DNA of 64,000 bases, taken from Deinococcus sp. (GTDB lineage: Bacteria > Deinococcota > Deinococci > Deinococcales > Deinococcaceae). This document shows positions 63,766 through 64,000 of this stretch, one piece after another; the stretch's first letter is position 1, and each line of letters opens with the position of its first letter. The translations under genes and the position numbers were made by a program. Under the pieces are notes generated by a model. That model worked only from the letters and a program-made list of their open reading frames with translations. It searched no databases and had not been told where the DNA came from. Where the stretch lies: NCBI GenBank assembly GCA_965261005.1, contig OZ253375.1, positions 1,472,001-1,536,000 on the forward strand. The letters are read 5' to 3'.

Positions 63766-63850
63766 TGGTGCGAGGAAAGGGACTTGAACCCTCACATCTT
63801 TCGATACTAGATCCTAAGTCTAGCGCGTCTACCAGTTCCGCCATCCTCGC
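63766..63850 (-). tRNA. tRNA-Leu(TAG)
   Basis: GCGAGGA acceptor, CTAGA-CTTAGGA-TCTAG anticodon arm, long variable arm, CCA end. Confidence 0.95.
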
Positions 63851-63894
63851 GCTCTGGCCTCGGCTGGGCGCGCCCTTCCCGACACTGCTTTGGT

Positions 63895-63972
<78 letters not shown>

Positions 63973-64000
63973 ACACGGCCCACCAACGCGCCCCATCAAC

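Overview
High-GC bacterial chromosome segment, most likely Deinococcaceae (Deinococcus-like 16S rRNA unlinked from 23S, HspR/HAIR heat-shock operators, many apparently leaderless TANNNT-N5-7-start genes). The first ~3.7 kb is the end of an integrated element. It is bounded by a duplicated 3' half of tRNA-Gln(TTG) and carries three tandem, highly diverged paralogous unknown genes; one is disrupted by both a nonsense codon and an 891-bp IS5-family element. The rest is mostly core genome: menG, rhodanese, MacAB-like ABC exporter, mtnN, sugar ABC transporter, patB, two two-component systems, clpB-dnaJ-grpE-dnaK/ftsH, dps, lptD-like, spoIID, ilvA, 16S, helicase, alaS, tig, tRNA-Leu and tRNA-His. 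Accessory pieces are a frameshifted DUF3800-like gene, an AT-rich membrane gene inside the dnaK operon and a RICIN-GH6 lipoprotein. The best candidate for an undescribed system is a lipoprotein subtilase with four tandem SGSRTAWA repeats, directly upstream of a TPR-HD-GYP protein whose TPR part is AT-rich; this could be a peptide-signal/receptor pair controlling cyclic dinucleotide levels (hypothesis). All calls come from reading the sequence; no searches were run.
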